A DNA stretch of 64,000 nucleotides, from assembly GCA_010015585.1 (NCBI GenBank), contig ML975150.1; one strand, 5' to 3'. Of the stretch, positions 1-12,161 are shown piece after piece. Origin of the DNA: Eremomyces bilateralis CBS 781.70 (lineage: Eukaryota). The position numbers and the translations under genes were made by a program. The notes beneath the pieces are model-generated. The model made no database searches, was not told where the DNA came from, and saw only the letters and a program-made list of their open reading frames with translations. Every line of letters starts with the position of its first letter. Position 1 is the first letter of the stretch.

Positions 1-2
1 TC

Positions 3-599
3 TTCCAGCACTACGTGGCCAAGTTCCACGACGTGCAGACCGCGGTGCTGGTGATGGCACACACGATCCCGCGATACCTCAGCGACATGCGCTTCGACTC
101 TTGGAAATCCACCTACCTGAACCAGATGCAGGCATGGCAGGCGTACGTCCCCCGCACCAAGTTCAACATCCTCCACACCCGCAAGTCCATCGGCCCCGAC
201 GGCAAACCCGTCATGAAGCCTCCACCCGCCCCGATCCGCGTCCGCTGCACGCACTGCCACGCCTTCCTTGGCGTCGACGCGCCCACCAAGACCAAAGAAA
301 CCCCCACGCCCGCCCCGAACACCCGCCGCAATCCCGCCATGAACTCCGGCATCATGTGCCAGCAGTGCGGCAAGGCGATGCCGCGCTGCGGGATCTGCAT
401 GCATTACCTGGGCAGCCCGGACCCGTCACGCAAGGGGGGCGTGGAGGCGCTGAAGGGGGAGGAGCTGATGTCGAGGCAGATTGTCTTCTGTGCGAAGTGT
501 AAGCATGGGAATCATGATGGGCATGCGAAGTTGTGGTTCGCGAAACATCAGGTCTGTCCGGTGCCGGATTGTCAGTGTATGTGTGGGCTACTTCACTAG
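3..599 (+). CDS. SEA4: 3' end of SEACAT/GATOR2 subunit Sea4/MIOS (C-terminal zinc-ribbon/RING-like region); the gene starts before the window
   Basis: Open frame FQHYVAKFHDVQTAVL...RCTHC...MPRCGICMHYLG...FCAKCKHGNHDGHAKLWFAKHQVCPVPDCQCMC; this Cys/His pattern is characteristic of the Mio/Sea4 C-terminus. Confidence 0.88.
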   Translation, partial: FQHYVAKFHDVQTAVLVMAHTIPRYLSDMRFDSWKSTYLNQMQAWQAYVPRTKFNILHTRKSIGPDGKPVMKPPPAPIRVRCTHCHAFLGVDAPTKTKETPTPAPNTRRNPAMNSGIMCQQCGKAMPRCGICMHYLGSPDPSRKGGVEALKGEELMSRQIVFCAKCKHGNHDGHAKLWFAKHQVCPVPDCQCMCGLLH

Positions 600-2323
600 G
601 GCTGTGGTTGGACGTTGAACGGGTGGATTTTCAATATTGACTATCATAGAATATCGAGCCATATTGGTAGTCGATAAAAGCCACGATTAGACCTTGCATC
701 AAAGCAGACATGGAGTGAATATTCCCCACCATAGGTTCAGTTGGAACGTGGAGGTCTGGTCTCTGGAGGACATCAAGAATTCAAGATGTCTTCCAAGTTC
801 CATCATGAATTCATCATGTTGTTGAATTGATAGTGGCAGCCTGGCTCAGGCCCCGAGGCAACCATGTTGAGTGGGTCTCATCCTGTTTCATCTTCGCGAA
901 GCCCAAACATCATCTGAACCTCAACTGTCACAACCTTGCCCTCCAACTGGCTCTCCTTCACCAACTACTGTATCATCAGTCTCATACAACATCAAATACC
1001 CGCTGAGACCTTTATCCTGGTTCACTCTCGTTTCGCTTCGCAAGCCCTGTCCGCCGAAGTCTCGACTATCCTAACCTTCGACTTATGCCATTCGTGGACG
1101 GGATATCTCATACACCACGACTGCCGTGGCTTTGGAACCAGCCTCTATATTCCAACCATTTCTCGCTCGCGGGGTACGAGAATGTCAATGGTAGGTACCA
1201 ACACGCGCTCCAGTGAGATGCCGGACGCGAGGGACACGGTTGTAGGGCGTCCATAGGATCACCTCCGGGTTGGTATAGGGGTAGGCGTGAATTATGTACC
1301 TGATCCCGTTCAGTCACGAACCCGAGGCAGGGAGGGCATAGTCAGCAATTCTCCGGCGCGGTATGAAGGAGAAATCAAGGTAGTTCCATCCGAGTGTCGA
1401 GAACCACACAATTTACCCTAAAGAGATGAGATATGAATCGCTTCCCCATGTCATCCCTTGCTGTCGTTCGTCTCCTTCCTACAGTTTCGGGCAGCATCTC
1501 CACCCAGACTGTCCCAGATTCGTTCGGCCAAGCTTCCGTTCGATACTTAGTTTGGGCTTATACCCGCTGCATCGAAGCGGGACGGTCCATGTCTGATGGA
1601 GTGGTGGTGGTTTGTGCACATTTTTCCTGGCTCAAGGCTCGGTCTAGGAATCGCCAACATCCCCCGAGATCCGCTTCGTCTAGAGCCTAGCGTTCACGAT
1701 CCCCCATTCCTACTCATTCCTAGAAGTACAAGTCTCCTCTGTTGCCCATTCCATCCAAATTGTTCTCACTTTGGCTTCGTCGCTCCTTAATTCTTACGCC
1801 CGACTCTCTTTGGCTTCCCGACATTCATTTTCGACAGCATAGTGTTTGTTTCCTTTCCGCTCTGGCAGCAAAAGGTTCCCAACTAATGCTGCCAATCATT
1901 GGAATCGACTTTGATATACACCGCTTCGTCCCTCTCCCCTTCATTCCTATGCCCAACCACTTTCCTTGACCTGTTGACCCTAACCATCATATGTCATGAG
2001 GCCAATTTCGGAGTCTCATACGCAATATTGAAACATTCCATATCTTAATATTGAAGCGAATTCTTGACTTCTTGTCTTCCTCTCCGGTTAGTTTCATTCT
2101 CCCTTGCGTCCATGTCCGATACCTTGATGCTGGTGAATCCATTCCAACGCGCAGGTCGTCACGTTGTGCAGAATGCAAATCCGTGCAATCTTGCCTTATC
2201 CGCGATGAAGCACCGCAACGGGCCGCTAACAAAGTCAGTGTCGATTTCCGAATCCTCTTTCCCGTACCATTACATCGGTTCAACGGGAACCCAGACATGT
2301 AGCAGCGCATATGCAAGGTTAAA

Positions 2324-4651
2324 ATGGAGCGTAATATGGTCCAACAGTAGGTAGACTCCTTACCACCTTGCTTGGTCCGTATTCCAGGATCGTTGAGGTG
2401 GTTGTGCGAGGCATGAATAGCAATGCTAATCAGATGCAATATTAATGAGACAGATATCCTCTTCCTTTGAACGGTGGCTTTTCTATCGCTCAAGACAAAA
2501 ACCGCCATGGCGCCCATATGATTTACCCGAACGGGACATTCTCTGCTCATTCATCGCCGCAACCCGCAGTTCATCCTTCCCCACGTCCTACGCCTCCTCT
2601 CTTCTACTCCTGGTCGAACCTTGGTACAAATCAAGGGCCGTGTCCATCCAAAGTGCCGCGAGCCGCTGTCGGCCCCTTTCACACACGGCGTCACCATTCA
2701 CGAATAAACGGACGTGCTCTTAGGGAAAATGCACGAGATTTATACTCACGCCCGAACAGCATGAACGGGCAGAATCATACACCAATTGCAAATAGAGCGA
2801 ACGGACTTATGGATTATGTGCAAATCCCCAAAATCAGTTTAGGGGCATCCGCTGCGGATACGACCTTCCCAGAGCATTGTACCGACCACTCGCTCGACAC
2901 ATGGAACCAGAAAGCGTTCAACGATGTCGAGTTCGCCGCGTTGGACCAAAACTTACCGGAGCTCGCACCCAGTGCCATGGCCAACGATGATGATGATGCC
3001 ATCGTCGACCTAAGGCGATACCCTAATATTGAAAATGAGTATGCGCATGCAGACCTCTACTCGGGGGATGTTTCGCGACGCGTTTCAGACTCCTCCTTCT
3101 CCTTATCCAGCGCTGGTCCAATACCCGAGGTGTCTTCTCATGAGGACTTCCCGACATCAGAAGCACCATCCTATGTATCGGACCGTGATGGGTGGAGCAA
3201 CCTTGAACAGGCTCAACATCTTCTCTCGCCAATGCCGTCACCTAGACACTCATTCCCTGGACCGATACGCGACTCTTCCCGCTCCTGGGCATCACCTACC
3301 TCTCACTCTAGCATTAGAACTTCCCCTTATAATATGGACAGCGGTCGAAATAAAAGATGGTCTACTGGCATGTACCCCTCCACGCCTTCTCCAGTAACTC
3401 AGGGCAATAATTTCAATAATCGCCTTTCCTTCTATGGTGGATCGCCACATTACCCCCGGCACTCGGCAACCTCGTTCCTCACGCCCGTGAATACGACTTC
3501 GGCACCGATGCTTCCGTCTTGGTCAAAAAACATGCTCTCTCCCCAACCGAATTCAATCCCCGCTGCTCAACATACCCTTTTCTCCTCCCCAGACACGGCT
3601 TTCCCGCCTAATCCTTCTCGGCAATACCTCCCTTCTCAAGGATTCTTCCGATCACTTCAGTCGAATGGCGATCACAGCACTCCAGGTTTTGAATCCTCTC
3701 ACTTCGCCGCTCCCTCGGACCCACCTGATCTGTATTCTTCTCTCAATGATCCTCCATCCGACCCGCCCGAGTCAGACATGAAATCCTCTGACCCAGATCT
3801 CGTCCCGCATGAGCAAGACCTTCGTTTTTCCGGCGATCTGTATACCCCACGCTGGGTACGGGGCCACGGCAACAAACGTGAGGGATGGTGTGGGCTCTGC
3901 AAACCCGGTCGATGGCTCGTCCTGAAGAACTCCGCCTTCTGGTACGACAAAAGCTTCACCCATGGCGTCAGCGCGGCAACGGGGGCAGCATTCCGAGGGC
4001 CCGGGGAGACGCGCCGTACCGAGCCAAATATGGACACCTGGGAGGGGCTCTGTAGCAGTTGCGGCGACTGGGTGAACCTAGTGAGCAACAAGAAGAAGGG
4101 CACAACGTGGTTTCGGCACGCATACAAGGTATGAACCCACTCTCAGAACCTTTTCCCTCAAAACTAGTCCCAACCACCGTCCCTGTTAGTGTCATCCCCA
4201 CCCGAAAGTTAAAGACGGCCCGAAGCGCCGTCGCGAGTCCGCCAACCACACCCAACCATCCCAAGCTCATCCGAAACTGCGTCTCCACACTTTCTCCAAC
4301 GCATCGAACGCCACCCCCTCCTCTACGCCCACCAGCTCCTCGACGAACACCGTCATCTTCGGTTCTCCCTCCACATCTCGCAACCCCCAGGATGACCTTC
4401 CTTTCGCCAGCGCTCGTACCGACGACCCGGGTGACGAAAGCGGCGGTGCCTTGCTATCGGCACCGTCGGGCACGAGGGGGACCAACGTCGTCGCAGGTGT
4501 GAAGCGCGAGCGAGAAGTCACACCGCAGTTTCGGACGGAGACCGAAACGCGGGCGTCGGCGTCGGATCGGGCGTATGCGCGGAGCTATGCTGTGGATCTT
4601 CCGGATCAAAAGACGGCGACGGCGTTGGGAAGCTTTGTAGGGATTCTTTAA
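2324..4651 (+). CDS. DUF4451 (Meu26/Rua1-like) putative transcriptional regulator; start uncertain
   Basis: Motif DLYTPRWVRGHGNKREGWCGLCKPGRWLVLKNSAFWYDKSFTHG...WEGLCSSC...WFRHAYK|CH. Intron 4129-4189 (GTATGA...TAG) joins an in-frame last exon 4190-4651. Possible first exon ATG 2324-2346 with intron 2347-2453. Confidence 0.8.
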
Positions 4652-4832
4652 TATGTTGTTTGGTGCTGTTGATGGCTTGCTTTAACGGTTGTGGTTTCAT
4701 TGAGTACGGGACGTCGGATTTCCTGTTGGGGGTTTCGATGCGTGCGTAAGTTTTGGGAATGGTTATACCATTTGTTTCAATCACGATAACGAGCGGATGG
4801 GTATGGGATTGTGGGTGGCGTCAAGAGCTCTC

Positions 4833-5039
4833 GGTCGGCCATCTCGCCTGTTGGCTCATACCGACTCTCTAGCTTGTTTCTAAGGTTATTCGAATCCTGA
4901 TCGTTCTGGATGATCCTCTGGAGTCTAGTGAACGCCCTGCTGCGCTGCTCCGAACGCCTTCTATAGGTCGGCCATCGCGACCAACAAGCTAGAGAGTCGG
5001 TATGAGCGAACAGGCGAGATGGCTGACCTACAGAAGGCG
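4833..5039. repeat. Nested inverted repeat (MITE-like/foldback)
   Basis: 4833-4878 is the reverse complement of 4983-5028 (46 bp, 2 mismatches); 4955-4979 is also the reverse complement of 5015-5039 (25 bp, 3 mismatches). Confidence 0.85.
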
Positions 5040-6557
5040 AGGGCTATGTGCACGGAACGTTCAGACGAGACATGCCGTCGTTCACGTTCGGTTGTCTTCG
5101 TGATTTCATTGCATTTAATCGTATTGTCTTATGTCTACATCGGGGAGAGAACTCAGCCATGCCATCTCGATGTCTCATATGGACTTGCGAGCTGTCAGGA
5201 GCTGCCTTGTTGGCTAGCATTTCGAGTGCTTTCAGGGGCAGGCATGACGGCGATGCCATCAATATTTACAACATTTTCTATGGTTGTCTATCGCTCTCGA
5301 TATAACCTGGCCAGCCGGATGGAGCATTTTGAAGCCCTAGTGCCTAAACTGTTCGGTAGCAGGAGATACAATCAACATGTTAGCATATCCAAAGGCATAT
5401 CCAAAGGCATAGGTATATAGGTAACCATTGATACATGTCAAGGTTTGGGGGATCTAATCACCCAATCTAGAATGCCGGCATATGCCCACAGCCGTCAGGA
5501 TTGGATTCTGTTCGTGTGCGATGTGAACAAAAATCGCAACTGCCGAAGGCCACATGTTGACAACGAGATTCTACAGGATGACCGTTTCACACAGAGTCGT
5601 GCAGTAGCTCGGTCCTTCAAGGACTTATCTTAAACCACATCCCGTACTTGCCTCTGCGTACAATCCTCAACTGCCGAAGGGTTAGGTCTTGGTTTGCTCC
5701 ACCGTTGTGCAGTTCTAACCAGGGGAGCACCTTCAGGGAACATCTCTACTTCGGAAGCATGATTGGTTGAAAAGGGCATCTAATATTGCAACTCAGAACA
5801 GCCATAATTGTATTGCTGTTAATTGTCGACCACATCATTTAAGACTTCAACTCGACTCGCTATTTTTGCACAAATCCAACCCTGGGGCTACAGCGGACGA
5901 AGTATTCTGGAGTTTGGCACTCGTTGTAGAACTGGCACTAACCGCCGTTGAATTCGGCCAAAATCCACGGATATGTTGGCTCCACGTCGCCAGGGTCTAC
6001 GGAATTCATGTCCCGCAATGCCGCAACCGCGCGCACCCCACATTGAGATTCTCTCGTGCCCGCTCCGAACCAAGCTTCAGATGGTTATTCCGCGGCTCAG
6101 TGAATCGCCCTGGCAGGCACCGGTTTGTTTAGATTAATTCCGGCCGCCTTGTAACTGGAACAGTATGGAAAGGCTCAACTGCCGGGAGTCAGATACAGGG
6201 AACGAGGGATTCGATTCACCCTAAATACACTCCAGCAGCACTACAGCAGCGGGCTGCGCTGGTATAGACTCGACTTGCCGAACATGACAAACCTGTCGAA
6301 CTGATTATTGACTGCTAATGACCATGATTTCAAGTGTACTCTTGCTAGGGTCCGTTGGCCTAGGTTCAAGGATCCGACGCTTCTGTTCCTTCGAGAATGA
6401 CTATTTCAAGAGCCGCAGACGGCATCCATAATCGTTCGTGAACGTCTTCCGTTGTCAGCATCTTTTGCAAGTCTCGTTTCTGTGTGTTAAGCTGCCACGC
6501 TCTGTATGCCAATCACCTTATGTCCCAAACCTATTTCGAGCCGAAAGCGGGTAGAAG

Positions 6558-8323
6558 ATGATATTGGGGATATCTAGTATTTGCTATGAGTGGTGGCCGG
6601 TGATTCTCGTCACTTGCATAGCCGCACGACTGCTTCACAACAAGTATGGCAGAGGCTTGCACCGGTATCCCGGGCCATGGCTAGCAGCATACATGACGAT
6701 CTGGAGATTTTTGGAAAACTATGGGCGACGGACAGAATGGACTCACATCAACTTACATCGTCGATATGGGGATGTTGTCCGGCTTGATCCAAATGCGCTA
6801 TCCTTCGCTGATCCCAAAGCCATTAAAGTTATCTATGGTCTGAATAAGGGAATGGTAAAGGTATGTCAGGCTTACATTGCTCAATTGGCCGAGTATATAT
6901 TGACCGAGTGGCACAGTCCCATTTCTACCCAGTCCAACAAGCTACGGCAAAAGGGACCCGCATTCAGTCACTCTTCTCGACGTTAGATGAAGATTTCCAT
7001 GCAAAATATCGAAGGTGTCTTAATAGCGCATTTGCTATGTCATCCTTAGTATCATACGAGCCGTTAGTTAACTCGACCCTCGATGTATTCTTGGAGAAGA
7101 CCGAGGAATTGTACGCTCGAACGGGCACTGTATGCGATTTTCCCAAGTGGCTTCAGTATTTTGCATTCGATGTCATCGGTGACTTGACATGGAGCAAGAG
7201 GCTCGGGTTCATGGAAAGAAACGAAGACGTGGATGGCATCATTTCTTTCATTAATGGATTCTTCGACTATGCTGGACCGGTAAGCGTATGCGAGGAATAT
7301 CCACGGCGTATCACTAATAGCAAGCCAGATAGGGCAAATGCCTTTTCTAGACCTTGTGTTTCAGAAGAACCCCCTGATCCTTCTTGCACAACGGTACGGC
7401 GTCTCGAAAAAGGTCTTCGCCGTTACCAAGTTCGCGCAATCCCAATCGATCCATCGCGCCCCTGAAATGGAGAAAATCAAGGCCAATGGCCTCGCACCCG
7501 GCACGCCGAAAGACGGAATAGATCTGTTGACGAAGTTCACTCAAGCCCAGCACGATCATCCGGAGATCATGTCCGATACCACCGTGCTCGCGTCGTCCGT
7601 GAGCATGGTGTTCGCCGGCAGCGAGACGACGGCGATCGCGCTGAGCGCCATCTTCTATCATCTCATGAAATATCCATCCGCATATCAGAAATTAATGGCG
7701 GAGTTGGACGGGGCCGTACGAACCGGCCTCATCGAAGACAGGGGGAATGGAACGGTGAGCTGGGCCGAGGCGCAGAAGCTGCCATACCTAGACGCGGTCA
7801 TTCAAGAAAGTTTCCGACTCCATCCAGCCGCGGGTCTGACGTTAGAACGGGTCGTTCCGGCGCACGGCATGGACATTCTCGGCGAGCATATCCCCGGTGG
7901 GACGATCGTGGGCTGCAATGCCTGGGTGCTCCACCGTAGACCCGAGATATTCGGGAAGGATGTTGACAACTTCCGCCCGGAAAGGTGGTTGGAGGCATCA
8001 CCCAAGCAACTGAGCGAAATGAAGGCGACGATGTTCCAGTTTGGAGCCGGTGCGAGGACGTGTATCGGAAAGAATATCAGTCTGCTGGAGATTTATAAGC
8101 TGGTACCCAGCTTTTTGAGGAGGTTTGAGGCAAGTTCCCGACGCTTATTCTTCACTCGAGGAATGTGTTCACTGACTCGGAGAATTAGATGGAATTGCAA
8201 TCCCCTGAACAAACTTGGAAGACCCATAACGCATGGTTCGTAAGGCAAATGAATTTCATGACGAGGTTTAAGACTCGACAGGTAAAGAGGGATGATGCAT
8301 TCACGCAGTCTCACGTTAGGTAG
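6558..8323 (+). CDS. Cytochrome P450, pisatin demethylase-like (CYP57/CYP532-type)
   Basis: YPGP N-terminal motif, AGSETT I-helix, ESFR (ExxR), PERW, heme motif FGAGARTCIG and C-terminal WKTHNAWFVRQ. Exons 6558-6860, 6917-7279, 7329-8129, 8189-8323 (last intron GC-AG). Confidence 0.93.
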
Positions 8324-8577
8324 CACTGAATTTATTTTATTATAATACCAGTGATTCACAGTGGTTGGCTCACTTGCCCCCTAGACCGTCTGCTTCACTC
8401 AGTCGATGCTAGAGTTCGTCTAGTGCTTCTTGCTTTCAAGGCTGCAGAAATGGATTTATTGTGGGGCTATAGATCCGGCAAGCACCTTGGCATCAATAGG
8501 GATGTAGGAAAGTGTTCTGAGAGTGTGTTGTGGGAGAGTTTTCTTGGGGGAGCAGGACAGTCTTGCCCGCCCTGGCT

Positions 8578-9575
8578 TTATATTACGATTAGTGAACGCC
8601 AATTTGAACACGGATATAGCTTAAGGTGCTCCATTGTGTTTCTCAATCCTCCGGCGTCTGTCGAACTAATCTGGCTAGGGATACGACCTTGGACATCAGT
8701 ACCTCGATAGTAGGGTTCGTCAGCGACTTTCTCCACATCATAAACCACGATCAACTTCCCCTGAGTGCCACCCGGTCCGAAAGATGGTACTTTGGGTGCC
8801 ACATTATTCCGTATGAATTCGAGTTGTGTATCGATTTCCAATATGCCATCATCGGATAGTTCTTCATCCGACTCTTGCTCGGAAAATGCTGCCCTTTACC
8901 GCCTCTCCGCCATCCTCAGAGCTACGAGCAGCGTCTTCAACGCGTCGTTACCAGCATTGTGCTAACCGATGAAGTCACATAGCCTCGGTTTAGCATTTCT
9001 TATATGTATTTTACGAGTTTGTGACAACCAGAAAAAGCGAACCAACCTTCCCAAACCCGAGATCGTGCCACTCTATACACCACAAGTCCGTCGGAATACT
9101 AGACTTGCCATTCTCTAGGTATCGAAGATTGGTGCTCGTAAAACCCTTTTAACCTAGCCAAACAAGATGCTAAGGAACTTACCAGTAGTATTGATATAGT
9201 ACTTCCCTAAATGAAGCGGGCTATCATTCCTCTCTATTTTAGCATCCTCTTCATCTCGCAGTTCGAAGGTACTTATAAACACGACAAAAATTTCCACCAC
9301 AGAGTGAAAGTTGGCATATGCCTGGTATTCCTATATCGTTTTCATATCTTGGATAGAGGGTGTTTGGCAATGACCGGTCGGAATGCGGATGAATTTTGGA
9401 CTTGTATGCCTCGCTGTGCTGTTGTCATACCCACGGGGCAGAGCCCCTGAATAACATCTTCCCGAGAGATCATGTATGGTCTCTCTATCAACGAGATCAT
9501 ACTCAAAAAATAATTCCGCGTCACCGGCCCGTCAAAAGAAGGGGCTTATACCTGGGCATTAATATCCACAGAAAT
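8578..9575 (-). pseudogene. Degraded QIP/Gfd2(YDR514C)-like DEDDh 3'-5' exonuclease
   Basis: Minus strand 8961-8941 encodes HNAGNDA followed by LKTLLVAL. Upstream remnants IFDT* (~9130-9115) and VISVDIN (~9575). In-frame stops (TAG just before HNAGNDA, TAA at 8896-8898); in frame with ORF 8578-8841. Confidence 0.5.
9172..9321 (-). pseudogene. Inverted paralogous fragment of exon 1 of the HNH nuclease gene at 12162-13153
   Basis: Translates ANFHSVVEIFVVFISTFELRDEEDAKIERNDSPLHLGKYYINTT G|GTAAGT versus ANFFSMVEILVLFTSSFELRDEDDTKIERNDSQLQPGKYYITAA G|GTAAGT at 12261-12410; 115/150 nt identical by hand alignment, ungapped. Confidence 0.85.
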
Positions 9576-9622
9576 CACCCAGAATGCACCCAGAATGCAC
9601 CCAGAATGCACCCAGAATGCAC
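9576..9622. repeat. Minisatellite (CACCCAGAATG) x ~4.3
   Basis: Four perfect 11-bp units plus CAC. Confidence 0.95.
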
Positions 9623-12161
9623 TCAGCAGCTACTCCCAGCAGTCCGGAATTGACGTCGCCGTGCTCCATTCCCTCCGAGGTTGCGGAACAGGCAACACCC
9701 TTTCCTCTCTTGCACTGTCCTCCATCGCCGGAAGAGGACTGTCGCTGCACCTGCGTGTGGAGGACGGCGTCGGTAGGTTTATGGCTTGCTCTTGCATGGA
9801 AGCGTTGTTTGACGTCTGGCGGTTTGGTCGGTAGGATTCGGGGACCTCGCACTATTGTCCGTGGCTTCAGCGGGAGAATGGCTGGTACCATCGTCAGTCT
9901 TACATACTGCCAGCTCGAATATCCGAGGTCAGAGACGTGGCCGCCAGTACATAAAGTGTTGATAGCCTTCGCTGGAGCATTGCAGGGTCAGCCGAGGTAG
10001 TGAACGACACTCTCATAAAGCTTGGTATGGATGGTGACGTGGATTGTCCTGAAGTAGCCTCTCTAAAGTGGGACAACGCTCTAGGAGACCATGCGCGAAT
10101 GTGAGGCTAGTGGAAGTGAAAGGCTGTCCGCAGCAATACAACTCAAAAGCATTTGGGAGAATCTGGGGCGGCGTGTGACTTTTAGGGACAGTGATGTGGA
10201 TTCTGAGTGGTCAGTATGCCGCCCGATTTGCCAGGCCGAGTGATCGTTAAGGGGTTGAACCGCGAATTTGAAGACAACAGCACGGAGGCCTTTTATTTTT
10301 CCTCCTCCATATCTTCTTTTGACTTCCACTTTAGCTGCTCCATGTCCCCGGCAATCTGACCGGCAATCTGACCCTATTTATCTTCTTCAGTAAGAGAGGG
10401 CACCTCTCCACGCTCTACAATGAAATAATATACCTCACCAGGGGCATCAGGTATCGGGGACATGGATGTAACATCACAAGAGAGCCTCCAAGTTTGGTTC
10501 CCGCGGCAGAAAGAATAATGAAGCGCTGAGGTAGACGACGGCCCAGGGACGTTGCAAGCAGCAACAGGGGAAGCTATATGCAACCAACAAAGCGTACCAA
10601 AACCGCTAAAACAGATCTGGCTCAAATGTAAAAAATGGCACAGCTTGCGGATGCCTCGACGAGGTCGTCTATGTTGAAATTATAAATCAAACCAAGAGTC
10701 GCTGACAGTTCTTCGCCAGTAGAGAAAAGATCGCAGGCTCCGTTACAAACTTCGTTGCGTAGTGTCCGGTTTGCATGAACTCTTATGGAATAGTCTCCCG
10801 AAGGATTTGGCAGAGCACGAAGAAGGCCAAACAAGAACAAACAAGGATATATCCGGTAGAGTTAAGAAACATCTCCGCTACTAAGAGATAGCTCATCCAT
10901 TGCGCAGAAGCTCTTCTATACAAACCAATAAACCGCCCGACTGGAAGCAGCCCGGTCCTCGGGTCGGATGTGCCGGCAAATATGGACGTAGAACGAGCAT
11001 TTCTATTTGTTGAAACACCTGTGGAAGTCAGGCTATAAGTTGCAAATATTCACTAGAATAGCAAACAAGAAGGAAGACCACAAAGTTCTCAATATGGGAA
11101 GGGACCTGACCAACTGGCAGACCAAACTTGACCACGAGCAAGTGGAAGAATGAATGAACAACAGAAAATCCACCCATCCATGATCCAACCCATTCTCAGA
11201 TAAAAGCAAGGCCGAAAAAAGACAAAAGTTGAATCTTCATCCTGGTCGCCATTGACTGCCGTCCGAAAGTCCCACGGACGCGACGCGTCGAAGACTCGTA
11301 GAATAGATAGAACGCATCGGCGGAGTCCTGCATACCGCCCCCACGTCAACTGAGTCACTCTCGCATCGAAATGCAGCCTCATCTGCGACCATCTGCAGAG
11401 CCCCAACATGGACGTTTCATACAGATTTTGAAACACAGGCTGCATTGACGACAGCGGAGAAGGGAATCGAAATGGTCACACCAGAATAGTTGGTCCATCA
11501 GTCCAAAGACTGGCGACGAAGGATCAAAGATGTAGCCTATGTGCTATGTATCCCAACATCCCAAGTGCAGACAAGCTGCTGGCACAGGATGCGACGCATT
11601 GGCTTTGTAGTTATACTGCTGACGTTCAAAATGCCGTTCAGATCGGTCGAGCCCTAGATCAGCAATTTGGAAGACTCGCTATGCATCTAACGTATCGATC
11701 CTGGGCCGGTGCCGCAGAAACCTGAGGTTAGAACATCAAGTTGTGAGGTTCCCACTCCAGCACCAAGATACTTTTATACGTGTATTTTTGGGTTAGTAAG
11801 CTATATTCTCGCCTCTAACTCGTATTTTACCGCTTTGCAGCATGTGCTACCTCAACCTTGATCCCTGTACGGAGTAGGTGCTTGGTAATTTTGGCAAATG
11901 TTGTTCAGGCAGATTGCCTCTTTGGGATTGGTGTGGACTTGGCCGTGGTTTCTCCATTCTTTGTTCCACAATCTGCCATCGTCATACTCAATATCACTCT
12001 CGAAGACTCTTGCCATCATTTTCAATTACCGTACCTACGTCGATCCCTCTTGCAGTCTCCATGAATGTGATACGTCTACAGCGTCCACGACGTTTACAAT
12101 GTTGTCTCTATCCTCCCCGGTATCCAACTGCCCCTCCGACACCTCCAATCCGACTCAAACA

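Noticed and set aside
5383..5411. 12-bp tandem duplication GCATATCCAAAG (similar case GGCAATCTGACC near 10350)
   Set aside because: Ordinary slippage duplications with no further structure
6558..8323. Secondary-metabolite gene cluster around the P450
   Set aside because: No backbone enzyme, transporter or cluster transcription factor nearby in the window
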